A stretch of DNA of 62,615 bases, filler included, from Globobulimina sp. (taxonomy: Eukaryota): assembly GCA_003354225.1 (NCBI GenBank). It is 15 parts of 15 records of this genome, joined end to end, with 100 filler letters (N's around TTAATTAATTAA, not from the genome) between each part and the next. Parts side by side here need not be neighbours in the genome. Positions count along the whole stretch, not along the records: positions 8,374 to 12,457 come from PIVH01001634.1; positions 12,558 to 16,641 come from PIVH01001635.1; positions 16,742 to 20,823 come from PIVH01001636.1; positions 20,924 to 25,004 come from PIVH01001637.1; 11 more parts are not named here. The stretch is one strand, 5' to 3'. Under the pieces are notes generated by a model. That model ran no database searches and was not told the DNA's origin. It was given only the letters and a program-made list of their open reading frames with translations. Of the stretch, positions 11,970 to 23,618 are shown in pieces (within the stretch, counting starts at the first letter, position 1; every line of letters begins with the position of its first letter). A program made the position numbers and the translations under genes.

Positions 11970-12557
11970 TTTGTAACGTTTTTTTTCCAGTAGTTGCGTT
12001 TTTTTAGCTAATTAATGCACGGTGATTTGCTATTAATAGTATAACGGATTATGAAACAAAAAACAGACAAAATACCAGCTGCGAAGTGATTCTATTTTGT
12101 TTGTTTTTATTTCTTTATAATTTGATGTTGTTGTTTTTTTGGTTAGTGAATTTCTTATTCCTCTTTAACACAATAAAACAAAAAGAATTTAACATATGCA
12201 AGTTTGTAAAATCATTTTGATTGAATAATTCAATAGGTTTGCAGGGAAGAATTTCAAACGTATGACCAAAAAAGTATGGACGAACTTTTCCAGGTAAATC
12301 TGAGTTGCGTACCTTCGCAAGAACTATCACCACACTCAATAGAAGCGCCATCATCTCTGCTACCACGGACTACGATATCTTGCACAAAGTACGCAGATAA
12401 ATCACCATTGGCACTGAATGCTTCACACTGTGTACAAGTAATTGATTCACATAAACANNNNNNNNNNNNNNNNNNNNNNNNNNNNNNNNNNNNNNNNNNN
12501 NTTAATTAATTAANNNNNNNNNNNNNNNNNNNNNNNNNNNNNNNNNNNNNNNNNNNN

Positions 12558-12905
12558 AAAGAATATGCCCTATATATTGGTATTGCAACTGTGGCCATTA
12601 TTTGCATTTTTATTATTTGTTCTAAATGTTATTGTTATAATAGGCAAAAAAAAAGAAAACAAATTCAAGAGTATCAACAATTGAATGAAGAAGCAGAAGC
12701 TCAAAACAATAACAATAACAATCATAGTGATGATATTCTACAAAATAATAACAATCATGGTGGTATTTCAAAAACCAATGTATGTGTAAACTCGAAAAAT
12801 ACAGCTAATTCGTCAAACGTTTCAGTAAATGTAACAACAACGTTTACAATGCCTCCACAAATAACGCAAAATATGCAAATGGCTCAACATTCTAATCAAC
12901 GTTAA
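12558..12905 (+). CDS. 3' end of a single-pass membrane protein (partial)
   Basis: TM segment with Cys, a basic stop-transfer and an Asn/Gln-rich tail, open to the contig edge. Confidence 0.55.
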   Translation, partial: KEYALYIGIATVAIICIFIICSKCYCYNRQKKRKQIQEYQQLNEEAEAQNNNNNNHSDDILQNNNNHGGISKTNVCVNSKNTANSSNVSVNVTTTFTMPPQITQNMQMAQHSNQR

Positions 12906-12950
12906 CGGCGTATATAATACAAATTATATACAATAAAAATAAAAAAAGTA

Positions 12951-14087
12951 TTATGTTTTTTTGGATTTAATTTTCTTATTAATTTGCCATAATTTTATAA
13001 ATTGATTTCTTTCAACAAAATGTAATAATTTATTGGCAACCTTTTGTGGTGCATCTTCATGCAAAGTATGACCAACACCACATCCAACAATACATAATTG
13101 ATATTTTCCTTGCATCTGTCCGATAGTCAAAGGTTTGTCCAATCGATCCGTGTCTGCCAACATTAACATTTTCGAGCAAGGCGCTTTCAAAAATAAGTTA
13201 CTTAAACCAACAAACCATTCTCTCCAATACGGCTGGGATAATAACACATTGGTTCTCCACACAAATCGATTTGTTGCGCTGTTCCAAATAAACATTGGCC
13301 GCACAGAATATTGCGCAGATTTTCGATTGCGAATCATGCCGCTTGTACAGCAATACTTTATTGCCTCTGGCATACTTGCAAAGGATTTTGGTCGTCGATT
13401 TATTATCGATTTCATGTGAATTAAGGAATTCAAAGCAGTGCCTTCCACCAAATCAATCACAACAATGCCAACAATACCAAGCAATCGAGCTGCCGCCAGA
13501 TTTGCGCAGTGGATCGCAAGCGCACCGCCTAAGCTATGACCGACCAAAACGATCGGCACACTTAAATTTGCATATTTTAATTTCACAATTTCAATAATAT
13601 CACAAACCAAATTATTTAAAGACATGCAATATTCTGATTCTTGCTTGCTTTCATCAAAGTGCGTATATCCATGACCTCTATAATCAAATGAGAATATTTG
13701 ATATTTTTGTTTGATTAATTTCGCCATTAAACTATACGACAATGCACTATGTCCACATCCATGCAAACAAACAAATATTAGATTATTATTATTTATTCCA
13801 GCGGAATAACAACAAAAATTAGCACCGCTTGATGTGTGAATAAATTCCTTTTTATCCCATATCTCTTCCTCTTCCTCTTCTTCTTCTTCTTGTTTTGCTT
13901 GTTGTTGTTTTGGAGAGTTTGCTAAACCAAATATATATTTATCGTCAATAGGTAATTGTTGCGGTAATTGAGACTCATCCTGGTTTTTATTTAGTTGTTG
14001 AATTTTTTTTACTTGTTGCTGGCGTAGAATTTGTTTTTCTTGTTTTGCTGCTTTGATCTTTGTTGCTTGAGTGGGTTGTGCCATCAT
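12951..14087 (-). CDS. PPME1: Protein phosphatase methylesterase 1 (PME-1)
   Basis: Alpha/beta hydrolase GHSLGG plus IDLVEGTAL, WFVGLSNLFL, LADTDRLDKPLTIGQMQGKYQ and GHTLHED. Confidence 0.93.
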   Translation of the reverse strand: MMAQPTQATKIKAAKQEKQILRQQQVKKIQQLNKNQDESQLPQQLPIDDKYIFGLANSPKQQQAKQEEEEEEEEEIWDKKEFIHTSSGANFCCYSAGINNNNLIFVCLHGCGHSALSYSLMAKLIKQKYQIFSFDYRGHGYTHFDESKQESEYCMSLNNLVCDIIEIVKLKYANLSVPIVLVGHSLGGALAIHCANLAAARLLGIVGIVVIDLVEGTALNSLIHMKSIINRRPKSFASMPEAIKYCCTSGMIRNRKSAQYSVRPMFIWNSATNRFVWRTNVLLSQPYWREWFVGLSNLFLKAPCSKMLMLADTDRLDKPLTIGQMQGKYQLCIVGCGVGHTLHEDAPQKVANKLLHFVERNQFIKLWQINKKIKSKKT

Positions 14088-14227
14088 TAAATCTTTTCAA
14101 ACGCTCATATCTAAACATAAAAGTTTTCAGCTACAAACAAGTGCACGGAACATGTTTCTCGCTGAATCGCAATAATACGCATCATATCACCGACAATTAT
14201 CCTTTGTGGGTTCTCTCTAGATTCAAC

Positions 14228-15202
14228 ATGAACGAATCTGAAATTGAGGCAGAAAACAAAAAACATTCATCGCCAATACCAATTCCTCCGCAATCTCCGA
14301 GTATAAAATCAATAAAAGATAATGCGAATAAGCACAATAATGGAGACACAATAATAACTGCAATAACCACAAATGTCTATTCAACAGTCGAACAAATGAA
14401 AAGAAGCCAAAATTACAGATTGCATTCATTCCAAAACATATCATCATCGCAGATGATTAGCTTAATTGCTATTTTTGTGATGGTGCTCACTTTTTATTTG
14501 ATGGTATACCGTGCATTTGAAGGTCACCAACAAGCACTGCCATGGCCATCGGCAATGGCAACGGCAATGTTTAATATTATGTATTTTTCAGCGTCAGTAT
14601 TGTATCCAGTTATTTTTTTTTTAGGACTTATTTGTTACATTGTTTTGTCAGCAAAAGATTGTGGAATTAAATTGTCACAAACTCCACAAAATAAATCAAT
14701 GGCTGTTGGCGATACCACCCGGTTTTGGTGTTACTTATGCCAAGAAATAAGATCCATTGGCACCAAACATTGTTATTCCTGTGCTAAATGTGTACCGCAT
14801 TTTGATCATCATTGTCAATTTTTAAATACATGTATTGGTGGAAAAAATTATTCGATGTTTATCGTATTTTGTACATTGTTGGAGATATTATGTTGTATTC
14901 AAGTTTCCACTCAAACCTATGTTTGGCATCACAATTACCTTGGAATTGGAGAGCATGACGGATATCTTTTTAATGATTATTTGTCTTTTGACAAATTTAA
15001 AATTCTGTTCAATATTTCGATTGTGATACCAATAATTTTTGGAGTGAGTTTACTGTCTTTGTTACAGTTCCATGCTTACTTAACATGCAAAGGATTGACT
15101 ACATTTGAATGGATATTAAGAAAAAGACAAAGAGAATCAAAGAAAAGATTGAAAAGAATGCAATTGCAAAGAGATAAAAAGACACAAGAACAGAATGAAT
15201 GA
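14228..15202 (+). CDS. DHHC palmitoyltransferase
   Basis: CYLC...KHCYSCAKCVPHFDHHCQFLNTCIGGKNY, four TM segments and a TTFE motif. The ATG at 14228 is the likely start. Confidence 0.92.
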   Translation: MNESEIEAENKKHSSPIPIPPQSPSIKSIKDNANKHNNGDTIITAITTNVYSTVEQMKRSQNYRLHSFQNISSSQMISLIAIFVMVLTFYLMVYRAFEGHQQALPWPSAMATAMFNIMYFSASVLYPVIFFLGLICYIVLSAKDCGIKLSQTPQNKSMAVGDTTRFWCYLCQEIRSIGTKHCYSCAKCVPHFDHHCQFLNTCIGGKNYSMFIVFCTLLEILCCIQVSTQTYVWHHNYLGIGEHDGYLFNDYLSFDKFKILFNISIVIPIIFGVSLLSLLQFHAYLTCKGLTTFEWILRKRQRESKKRLKRMQLQRDKKTQEQNE

Positions 15203-15474
15203 ATGGAACTAGTGACATAATTTACTTTTCAATAATAACCTTTCTTGACACACGTACACACAGAGTGGATATCATAATCACATGCCACATAAATGCAGTA
15301 CTCTACCAATTGATCTACGTGAATAATGTTGGAGTATAGATTAAAAAGTGAGTGACAATAGGATGGTGAAAAAAAAACCTTTTCAAACAGCAAAAAAAAA
15401 ACTGCACTTCAGTTATCGGGGAGCCCAATGCAGTCTTGTAAACATTAAAAACAAATTAAATTTCAACAGCACAA

Positions 15475-16641
15475 ATGATATTATTTCCATTTTTAACTGC
15501 CATCGCCATACATTTACTTATCTGCCAAGGAGGTACGTTTATACTGGTCGGATATTAAATAATTTTATTATCAACAAAATATATAGCAACACCACCATCT
15601 GCACATATAATTGTTGATGGTTCTATCCAGTCGTTAGTCCTCAATTTTGACACGCCGAGTGAATGTACAGTTGACACTGAATCTGTTGGTCTTGAAGAGA
15701 ATACTTACGGAGCTAACATCGGTGTTGGCTGTTGTAATGACGATGTCCCTACGGTCGGTTCACGCCCAGACGACTGTCTAATCCCCGCAACATATGCGGA
15801 AGCTCTCGCACATTGCCAAAGTCAGGTCCCCTCATTACGATTATGTACAGAAGCTGAAATATTAGCTGGGGCTGGCGACAGCACAGGATGCCAGTTTGAC
15901 CATTATCATCTGTGGACCAGCACTGAATGTGTCGCGTCGCATTACACTGTGGATGGTAATCCAGCAAATGCTCTCATTATACCGGATGAATGTCGCTTTG
16001 ACTTTGAGACAGAAAGTATTTCCCTCATCGTCAACGACGTTCATATTGGGGTTACTTGTTGTGATAATGGGACAATTACAACTGGCTCACGACCAGGTTG
16101 TCTAAGCGGTGTAACCTATGGTGAAGCTTTCAGACATTGTCAAGATCAGGTTCCCTCATTACGATTATGTACCATGGCAGTTTGGTTAACGTTGTGTTTT
16201 TTTTACATTTACGTTTGTTTTATGTTTGTTTTTGCGTTTTATACATTAAGGAAATTACAGCGGGAGCAGGCGCTGGGGAAGGTTGCCAGTTTGATGCTCG
16301 TCATAATTGGGTCAGTGATGTATGCGTAGCAACCTATGCTCCCACGGCCGTCCCTACAAAGAGTCCAACCCATGCACCGTCCGCTGCTCCTACGCAACCA
16401 CCATCCACTGCACCTACGCAACCACCATCTAGTGCACCCACCCAACCACCATCTAGTGCACCTACTCAACCACCGTCACTCGCCCCCACTCAACCACCCT
16501 CGCAGTCACCTACTCAGCCACCTACTATTGCCCCTTCACTCGCACCTACCCAGCCACCATCACAAGCACCTACTCAACCACCGTCACTCGCACCCACTCA
16601 ACCACCCTCGCAGTCACCTACACAGCCACCATCACTCGCAC
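15475..16641 (+). CDS. Secreted protein: signal peptide, two Cys-rich repeats and a PTQPPS mucin-like stalk (3'-truncated); introns 15533..15586 and 16180..16250
   Basis: The spliced frame gives MILFPFLTAIAIHLLICQG, then twice CC...SRP..C....TY.EA..HCQ.QVPSLRLCT..EI.AGAG...GCQFD....W, then Pro/Thr repeats. Confidence 0.8.
16341..16641 (+). repeat. Coding 24-nt tandem repeat, (A/S)PTQPPSx
   Basis: Repeated cctactcaaccaccgtcactcgca-like units running into the contig end. Confidence 0.9.
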
Positions 16642-16741
16642 NNNNNNNNNNNNNNNNNNNNNNNNNNNNNNNNNNNNNNNNNNNNTTAATTAATTAANNN
16701 NNNNNNNNNNNNNNNNNNNNNNNNNNNNNNNNNNNNNNNNN

Positions 16742-19700
16742 ACAAATGCCACCACCAACAATCCCAACAAACCCAACAATTCCAATGATGAAAAATCTCA
16801 GCAACCACTCACAATCAACCACCACACATTAAACAAACTATTACTCTCTCAAAGAGAGCGAGAAATGGAAGAAAAAACTGCCTTATCCGACATCAAGCAG
16901 TTCGAAACCGACATCCTTTTCCAATTCAAAACCGGCAACTTATCCATTTTCGAGTTATCTGTATTGCTCGAAAAGTACGCACACCGTCGCAATGCCAATG
17001 CATTGTTCCTCTTCAACGTCATCACTGACTTTGTGATCCCATCCAATTTGTACCTCTACGAACTGGAATGCACTGAGAAGATAAGGCTTAGTTTTTTCAA
17101 CGTCCTCTTCAGCCTAACCACTAAAATAAGCTTCAAAAACGTTATCAATTCGCATGCATTCTCCTTATCGCTCATTAAAATATTACAATGTGGACTGCCC
17201 ACTTTGTCCTCCTCGTTGATGCATTGCATGGCGAAACAGGTTCGCATTCAGCACAGCGAGCAGAGCGTGGATGTGTTGCGTAACATTTTCATTTTTTTGC
17301 GGCCGGAGATCGTCGAACAAGCGGCGGAATTGGTACAGTTTAATGCGAGTATATTCGAGCAAGTCTTCAAGGAACTAATCGAAGCGCTGTGTGACGACTA
17401 CCAACCTTTTCGAATCTGGCTCTTTCATCGCTTGTGCAGCAATAAAAGGAAATTAATCGAAGCGCAGTTGGCCAAATTCATCTGTTTTGGAGGCAAGAAA
17501 GCGGATAATATCCGGAATCGCAATGCGAGTAAAGATAAAATAGCAAATTCAAAACGAGCAAAGAGTTTAATTATTAATATGGACGAAGAGGATAACAATG
17601 AGAATGGAATGGATTTGAATCGATTGATGGATGCGTTTAAATTTTGTATGGATGCGTCCAACCAATTGGTCATTAACAATCAGTCGCGCACTTATTATGA
17701 ATTAGGTATTGCTTTTTGTTTTATTTTATTTTATATCCTTGCACCGTTTTTCATTGTTTTTGTTTTGTTTTGTTTTTGTTTTGTTTTGTTTTTGTTGTTG
17801 TTTACAGGTCATTTGATATTGAACGATGTGATCAGTATTGCATCGACACTGCGTTACCATTTTGTGGATACTATGGACGAGAATGAGTTTTGTCGCATGA
17901 TTGCGATCATGCATTGCAACTTAGGCAGCATCTATTTGCATGAAAATAAATTTGAGTTAGCGTTGTTATCCGCGAATAAGGCATTGCAATTTGATGTAAA
18001 TTGTATACAGTCACATAGAATCCGCGCAGAGTATGGCATAAAATATAAACATGATATCAACGTAGGTTTGAATGCCTTGTATCAGATCTTAGCCGCCGAC
18101 GAAGACCATCCCTATGCTATCAACACGAAAAAGGAGATTATTAAAGTTAATAAGATGCAAAATAACTCATTCATAGCCAAGGAGATATCCAATGTAAATC
18201 TAAACAAATCGCAGAGTCAGAGTCATGGCCCGAGTCCGAGTCCGCGGGAGAAGCACTCCGCGGTTTGCTATAAAAACGATAAGTTAATTATTTATGGTGG
18301 ATGTGGCATGGATAACAAATGCGAAACGCCGTTGAACGACTTATGGATATTTGACACCAACAACAATCTGTGGATGCAAGTGGATAGCATTGGCATTACG
18401 CCTTGTTTTCGGCACAGTCATTGTGCCAATATCATCCAACACAAATTATACATCATTGGTGGTGCAAACACGGCGGAGATTTACAGGCTTTTTGCAAATG
18501 CAACAGAGGATGGAACCGCCGGCGTCAATAATGATCATTGTGGCTTTGGGGGGAAGAATGCAGTCAAAATGCATCGGTTCCGTACGTATAAAAGCAGTAC
18601 AAACCCGAAACAGAGGGTGTTTTCATTGAATTCTACCTCAAATAACGGCGTGACATTGGAGACTGTGGTCACTTTTAACAAAGAGAGCAGCCGTAATAAC
18701 AACAAAGAAAACCGTGGCTATGCACTCGGTGGCTGGTTTACCAATTTTTTCAAGCATGAAAATGACGAAAAAATCAAAGAATTGGCCGCCAAAGGCATCA
18801 TTGAGGACAATTCAGACTCGATTTGCATGTCATCGGATGAAGAGAGCGAAGAGGAAGAAATATTTGCACATTATGAGATGTCCAGTTTCCCCGCCCTCGA
18901 AATGTTCGATTTGAAGCAGAAGAAATGGATTCGGCCAGAAACCACTGGCACTTCGCCCCAAAATATAATGATTAATCATCGCAGCATTGTGGTGGGCAAA
19001 AAAATATTTATATTCCCCACCAATTATTCGTTTCCCTACGAATTTGAGACGGATGCCGTGGGCGACGAGGAGGAGAATAATAATAATAGCAATCAGCGAT
19101 TGAAAGCTGTGGAGAATGGCTATGTATTACATACAGACACATTGCATTGGGAATCGTTTGCCATTCCGGCAACGCACAAAATTATATTATCGCCGCAAGT
19201 GGTCCCCGTTGTATATGACAAACGGGACAAAATTCTGTTTGTTTCGGCGTTTAATAAAGAATATCATATCCACTGTCTACTATTTACACGCAACATGCAA
19301 TGGACTGCCATGCAGAAAGTGCCAGCCCTGCATAAGTTGTCCGGTTATAATCGCCTGATTCATTTTGCGTACACGCAGTGCAATAATAAGTATGTGGTGT
19401 TCCATGGCGGCATACTAAACAAACAGAGGCAGCAAAACAACAGCCCGAAACATGTCAATTTATTATGCAAATTGCCGCGGGATACAGATGCTGTTAACAA
19501 CGTTATTGATGGCAGCAAAAAAGAAGAAGGCGAATATTCAGCGGATGGAGAGGACGGCGATGGGGCATTATTACAGCCATTGTATGGTGAAAGTGATAAT
19601 GGATCGAGAGTGTCCATTGTGGAGTCGCTGTTATTTAACAAAAATCCATTGGAAATGCACCGGATTGGGCCGCTTAAGGCACATTTGGGGGACATGGATG

Positions 19701-20524
19701 TGAGTGTAGGAGAGGAGGAGAATGAATGTGTGAATAATAGGCTGCGTCGGAAGGTGTCTTATAAGACCACGACGAGGACCACCACCACGCTGACCAGCTC
19801 AAATAAGTATAAAACGACCAGAACGCGGACGATTACCACCACGCACCATCTTAATCACAAGTTGTTGTCGAAAAAAGAGAGAGGAAACGCGCGCAATGCG
19901 TCTGGAATGGATTTGGATTTGCTATTTAATATGAAAAGTAGCGACTTATTCAAGTATGGCAATAAGTTTTCGTTTCTATCACAGTTTGAAATGTTTGATT
20001 TTATTTCAATGCGATGGTTGCCGCGGACATCGATAGCATTTAAGAATAGGGTTTATGACAATCATTTTGTTGAGAATCGAGGGAATGGCAAATGTGATAA
20101 GCGAGAAATAGATTTGTTGCGATCGGCGCGAATAAATCATACCATCACAATGGTTGGACACAATTTATGTGTTTTTGGTGGGATTAACAGTTCCAAGGTG
20201 TTGGTGATTGAAAATTTTATGAAAAGTACAGAGAAAATAAATAAAAGGTTTTATAAATGCAATAAACATAAACATAGTTATGATGGCACGAATGCTTTGT
20301 CGTTAACGAAATATTTATTTGGTATTTCGCCAAATATATTTTCGAATGGTTCGTATCGAATGGTTCAATGCGCGAATTGCTTGATTTTGGAATGTAATCG
20401 ATTTAATTTCCGGACATGTTCTGGCTGCGCCCAAGTTCAATATTGCTCAAAATTATGCCAAAAAAATCACTGGAAATTAAATCATAGACATTTCTGCACA
20501 AAAAATCATATTCGATATCAATAA
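16742..20524 (+). CDS. TPR + Kelch repeat + C-terminal MYND zinc finger protein (probably 5'-truncated); likely intron 17706..17807
   Basis: TPR-like HCNLGSIYLHENKFELALLSANKALQFD; Kelch motifs PSPREKHSA...IIYGG, RHSHCA...YIIGG and RINHTI...VFGG; MYND CANC...CSGC...YCSKLCQKNHW...H...C. The frame is open to the contig start. Confidence 0.85.
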   Translation, partial: TNATTNNPNKPNNSNDEKSQQPLTINHHTLNKLLLSQREREMEEKTALSDIKQFETDILFQFKTGNLSIFELSVLLEKYAHRRNANALFLFNVITDFVIPSNLYLYELECTEKIRLSFFNVLFSLTTKISFKNVINSHAFSLSLIKILQCGLPTLSSSLMHCMAKQVRIQHSEQSVDVLRNIFIFLRPEIVEQAAELVQFNASIFEQVFKELIEALCDDYQPFRIWLFHRLCSNKRKLIEAQLAKFICFGGKKADNIRNRNASKDKIANSKRAKSLIINMDEEDNNENGMDLNRLMDAFKFCMDASNQLVINNQSRTYYELGIAFCFILFYILAPFFIVFVLFCFCFVLFLLLFTGHLILNDVISIASTLRYHFVDTMDENEFCRMIAIMHCNLGSIYLHENKFELALLSANKALQFDVNCIQSHRIRAEYGIKYKHDINVGLNALYQILAADEDHPYAINTKKEIIKVNKMQNNSFIAKEISNVNLNKSQSQSHGPSPSPREKHSAVCYKNDKLIIYGGCGMDNKCETPLNDLWIFDTNNNLWMQVDSIGITPCFRHSHCANIIQHKLYIIGGANTAEIYRLFANATEDGTAGVNNDHCGFGGKNAVKMHRFRTYKSSTNPKQRVFSLNSTSNNGVTLETVVTFNKESSRNNNKENRGYALGGWFTNFFKHENDEKIKELAAKGIIEDNSDSICMSSDEESEEEEIFAHYEMSSFPALEMFDLKQKKWIRPETTGTSPQNIMINHRSIVVGKKIFIFPTNYSFPYEFETDAVGDEEENNNNSNQRLKAVENGYVLHTDTLHWESFAIPATHKIILSPQVVPVVYDKRDKILFVSAFNKEYHIHCLLFTRNMQWTAMQKVPALHKLSGYNRLIHFAYTQCNNKYVVFHGGILNKQRQQNNSPKHVNLLCKLPRDTDAVNNVIDGSKKEEGEYSADGEDGDGALLQPLYGESDNGSRVSIVESLLFNKNPLEMHRIGPLKAHLGDMDVSVGEEENECVNNRLRRKVSYKTTTRTTTTLTSSNKYKTTRTRTITTTHHLNHKLLSKKERGNARNASGMDLDLLFNMKSSDLFKYGNKFSFLSQFEMFDFISMRWLPRTSIAFKNRVYDNHFVENRGNGKCDKREIDLLRSARINHTITMVGHNLCVFGGINSSKVLVIENFMKSTEKINKRFYKCNKHKHSYDGTNALSLTKYLFGISPNIFSNGSYRMVQCANCLILECNRFNFRTCSGCAQVQYCSKLCQKNHWKLNHRHFCTKNHIRYQ

Positions 20525-20923
20525 TTTAATATTGTTTTTTTTCTCTTGATTTAAAATTAATTTTTTGTGTTGTTTATAGAATAATTGCAACAAAAATCGG
20601 GTGAAAGATTCTCAACACTCTCTGTCGCCACTGAACGCCATCGAACTCACAAAGGCGACGCATGTATACATCGAAAAGACAGAAACCAATAATCCAAACT
20701 CTTTTTGTTGCGCCAAATATCCCGAAACTTTGTCGAATGGGTTCTCAAATCCGAGCTCGTCGCTGTCTTTTTCGTCATTGCTGAGCATTGCTTGTTTGAG
20801 TTGAAGCATTTCTTTCTCTTTTTNNNNNNNNNNNNNNNNNNNNNNNNNNNNNNNNNNNNNNNNNNNNTTAATTAATTAANNNNNNNNNNNNNNNNNNNNN
20901 NNNNNNNNNNNNNNNNNNNNNNN

Positions 20924-21768
20924 GCAGCTCCTTCCTCATCATCATCTCCAATACATCGTAAAATACAACACATAAAAACCGAACATATACAACATACCAT
21001 ACCGCAGCAACACAGAAACGTAAAAAATGCAAATAATCCAACAACTCCCGCAGATTCAGTATAACTATCCGTATCGTTATAGACTGGATAGGTATGAGAT
21101 GGAGTGGGTGCATCGGTTGGATCGGTTGGATAATACGCTAATGACCATATAATTTGCGCTGCAGTACTATTACCTCCACAACTTGACACTGCATCAAAAT
21201 AATCCGTAGTGCATGGATCAAATGTTAGAGCAGAAGTTGAGGAAGCCGGCGATGCGATGCATCCTGGAGATAAATAGCCTAATTTTAATAAATTGACTCC
21301 AGAACATGAAAATTGTACGGATTCACCAGCTCGAGAATGGCCTTGTGGATAATCATAACATATATCCAATGCAATTGATGTAGAATCCTGTCCAAATTCA
21401 GGAGGAGGAGCTGTAAAATCGGATGAATCACATTGTGTTTGTAGTAGATCCGTAAAACGATTAACAACACCAACTTGACTCACTGGGCATATTGGATGAT
21501 CCTGTTGACATAATACTGATGCTGGATCTCGGGCGCTTATATTTCCATACGGTAACGTAAAATTATACTCCGCGGATCCGATACAATCGAAACCATCATA
21601 CACATGTTTCACCGAATCCCTTCCAAACCCTGGCTCTGCCCTCCACATATTGAAACAAACATCTAATGGAAGCCACGTATCTGTATAATCAAAATATGCT
21701 GCACAATTTGTCTGGGCATTTGCAATTCTCATTAACAATGAACATAGCCATAATAAAATAAAAAACAT
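20924..21768 (-). CDS. Type I membrane protein with a Cys-rich ectodomain (3'-truncated)
   Basis: Signal peptide MFFILLWLCSLLMRIANA, spaced Cys, a PT stalk, and a TM followed by a Cys-rich segment. Confidence 0.7.
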
Positions 21769-22133
21769 CAATGACAAATAGGGATATTTCCACGGCTTTA
21801 ATTTGGTTGAAAGTGAGCAGTCTTCTGTTTCAACTGTGCGTATTTGCGTGAAATATGGCTTTACGATATGTACTGAAAATGTCGGGCTGTTCAAAAAGTT
21901 TTTTTCTTTAATTACGATCTTTTCAAACACGTCTCCATATCGCTATGGCAGTCTCGCATCGTACTACAGTTTATATTCACTTTGCAAACCCAATGCAAAT
22001 TTTCTTTGCATAAAATCATGTACAAAATATCGACCAGAGGGGTGGTTATATCTATTAAAAGTCATCGTTAAATGATATCTTAATTCCAAAATGTGAACAG
22101 TTTTTGTTGTGCAAGGATATAAATCATATAATG

Positions 22134-23508
22134 TTATTGTTGTATTAATAAAGTAGTAAATTCTCCAGCAATGGCTCTAACAATGATGTCTTCAAATTTT
22201 GTACCAATTTCCATACTATTAAAGGTATGTGGATCTTTAACAATTTTATTTTGATTTAATGGATTTGTTTGATGGTACTCATTGCCACCAAAGCCAATAA
22301 CACTGTGATCAAATGCTAGTAATAAGGTGTGGTTATAGCCGCAGGAACCACTTTGGATCCGACACTTTCGAAATTCCCTATATTCTTTTTGAAATATGAC
22401 AATCTCTCGAATATATCCATGCGATGTCTTTGAGATTTGATGGCTTCTATTTGCTCCAAACAAGTAACACATCCCATCCCTATCAACAACCATACAATGC
22501 TCATGTTTGGTGGATGTAAACCTTATTAATGACTTATTAATAAAATATGGATGAATGGTTGGTGTTTTGTAATGATTTTGCTTTGCTGCGCCATAAATAC
22601 CCAATTCATTTCCTTTATTCTTACCAAATATATATAATTTATCATCAACACTGATACATAAATTATGATATCCACCGACTGTGATGTTTTTAAATAATAC
22701 GCCACATTCAATCTCTCTCATTACAGTTAATATTTTTTTATCTGTCTCAATACCACATTGCCAATCGTCATTGCGTCCGCACCCATATATTTTACCATTT
22801 TTATTTAAAAATATTGTATGATTATAACCGCACTCAATGGATATTATTCGATTATATTCCGTATTAAATGTGCTATTGATAGGGTATGGGATATATATTA
22901 TATCTGTTGTGTTGTCGCCACATTGGCCATATCCATTTTGTCCCGTTGCATATATGATATTATTTAATACAAATAACATGTGATTGGTGCCTGATGATAC
23001 ACATTGCACAAAATTATTTGTACGATGACGCACAACATTTGTCATATCAATTTCTGAGAACATTTGAATTTGTGTTTCTTCCTTACCGCAGCCACAGTCA
23101 CCATTATAATTATTACCGATGGAATATATGCGATCTTCATGCGTTTTAACTGTAAAACGGGAATATCCATAAAATATGTCTTGTGGTTGAATAGATAAGG
23201 AACCAAATTCTGACAATTCATGGAATGATGTCAATTTACCAGTCATTCCCAATTCATTGTAGTTGTTAGCACCAATTGCATATACGGTACCTGTGTGTGT
23301 GTTAAATGAAATCACTGTTAATATTACATACATCGTTAATCATTGAAGGAGCGAGAAACAACATACATTTTTTGGGATAAAACAAATAAATCATATTTTT
23401 CACCTCATCTGGAAAAGCCATAGTTAACGCAGTTAGTTTCTTTTGTTCGCGAATGTAACCATGAACTAGAATTTCCATTGGTTCTGGAGGTGGATCTAAC
23501 CATGACAT
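22134..23508 (-). CDS. RCC1-repeat protein with an N-terminal GYIR module; intron 23291..23366
   Basis: Multiple G.N..GQ.G and (C/G)G..H RCC1 motifs. Splicing joins FYPKK|CTVYAIG. Confidence 0.88.
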
Positions 23509-23618
23509 TTTATTAAATGTTGAATGTATTAAGAGTTCAACTGAGAGCCATGGAAGCAAGAAACTTAAATAAAAAACATTTTTTCACTATACATAATAAA
23601 ACATCCTTTTACATTGAA

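Noticed and set aside
12280-12457. Cys-rich minus-strand frame at a contig end (CESITCTQC...IECGDSSCEG)
   Set aside because: Probably a coding fragment, but too short and without a definable end to annotate.
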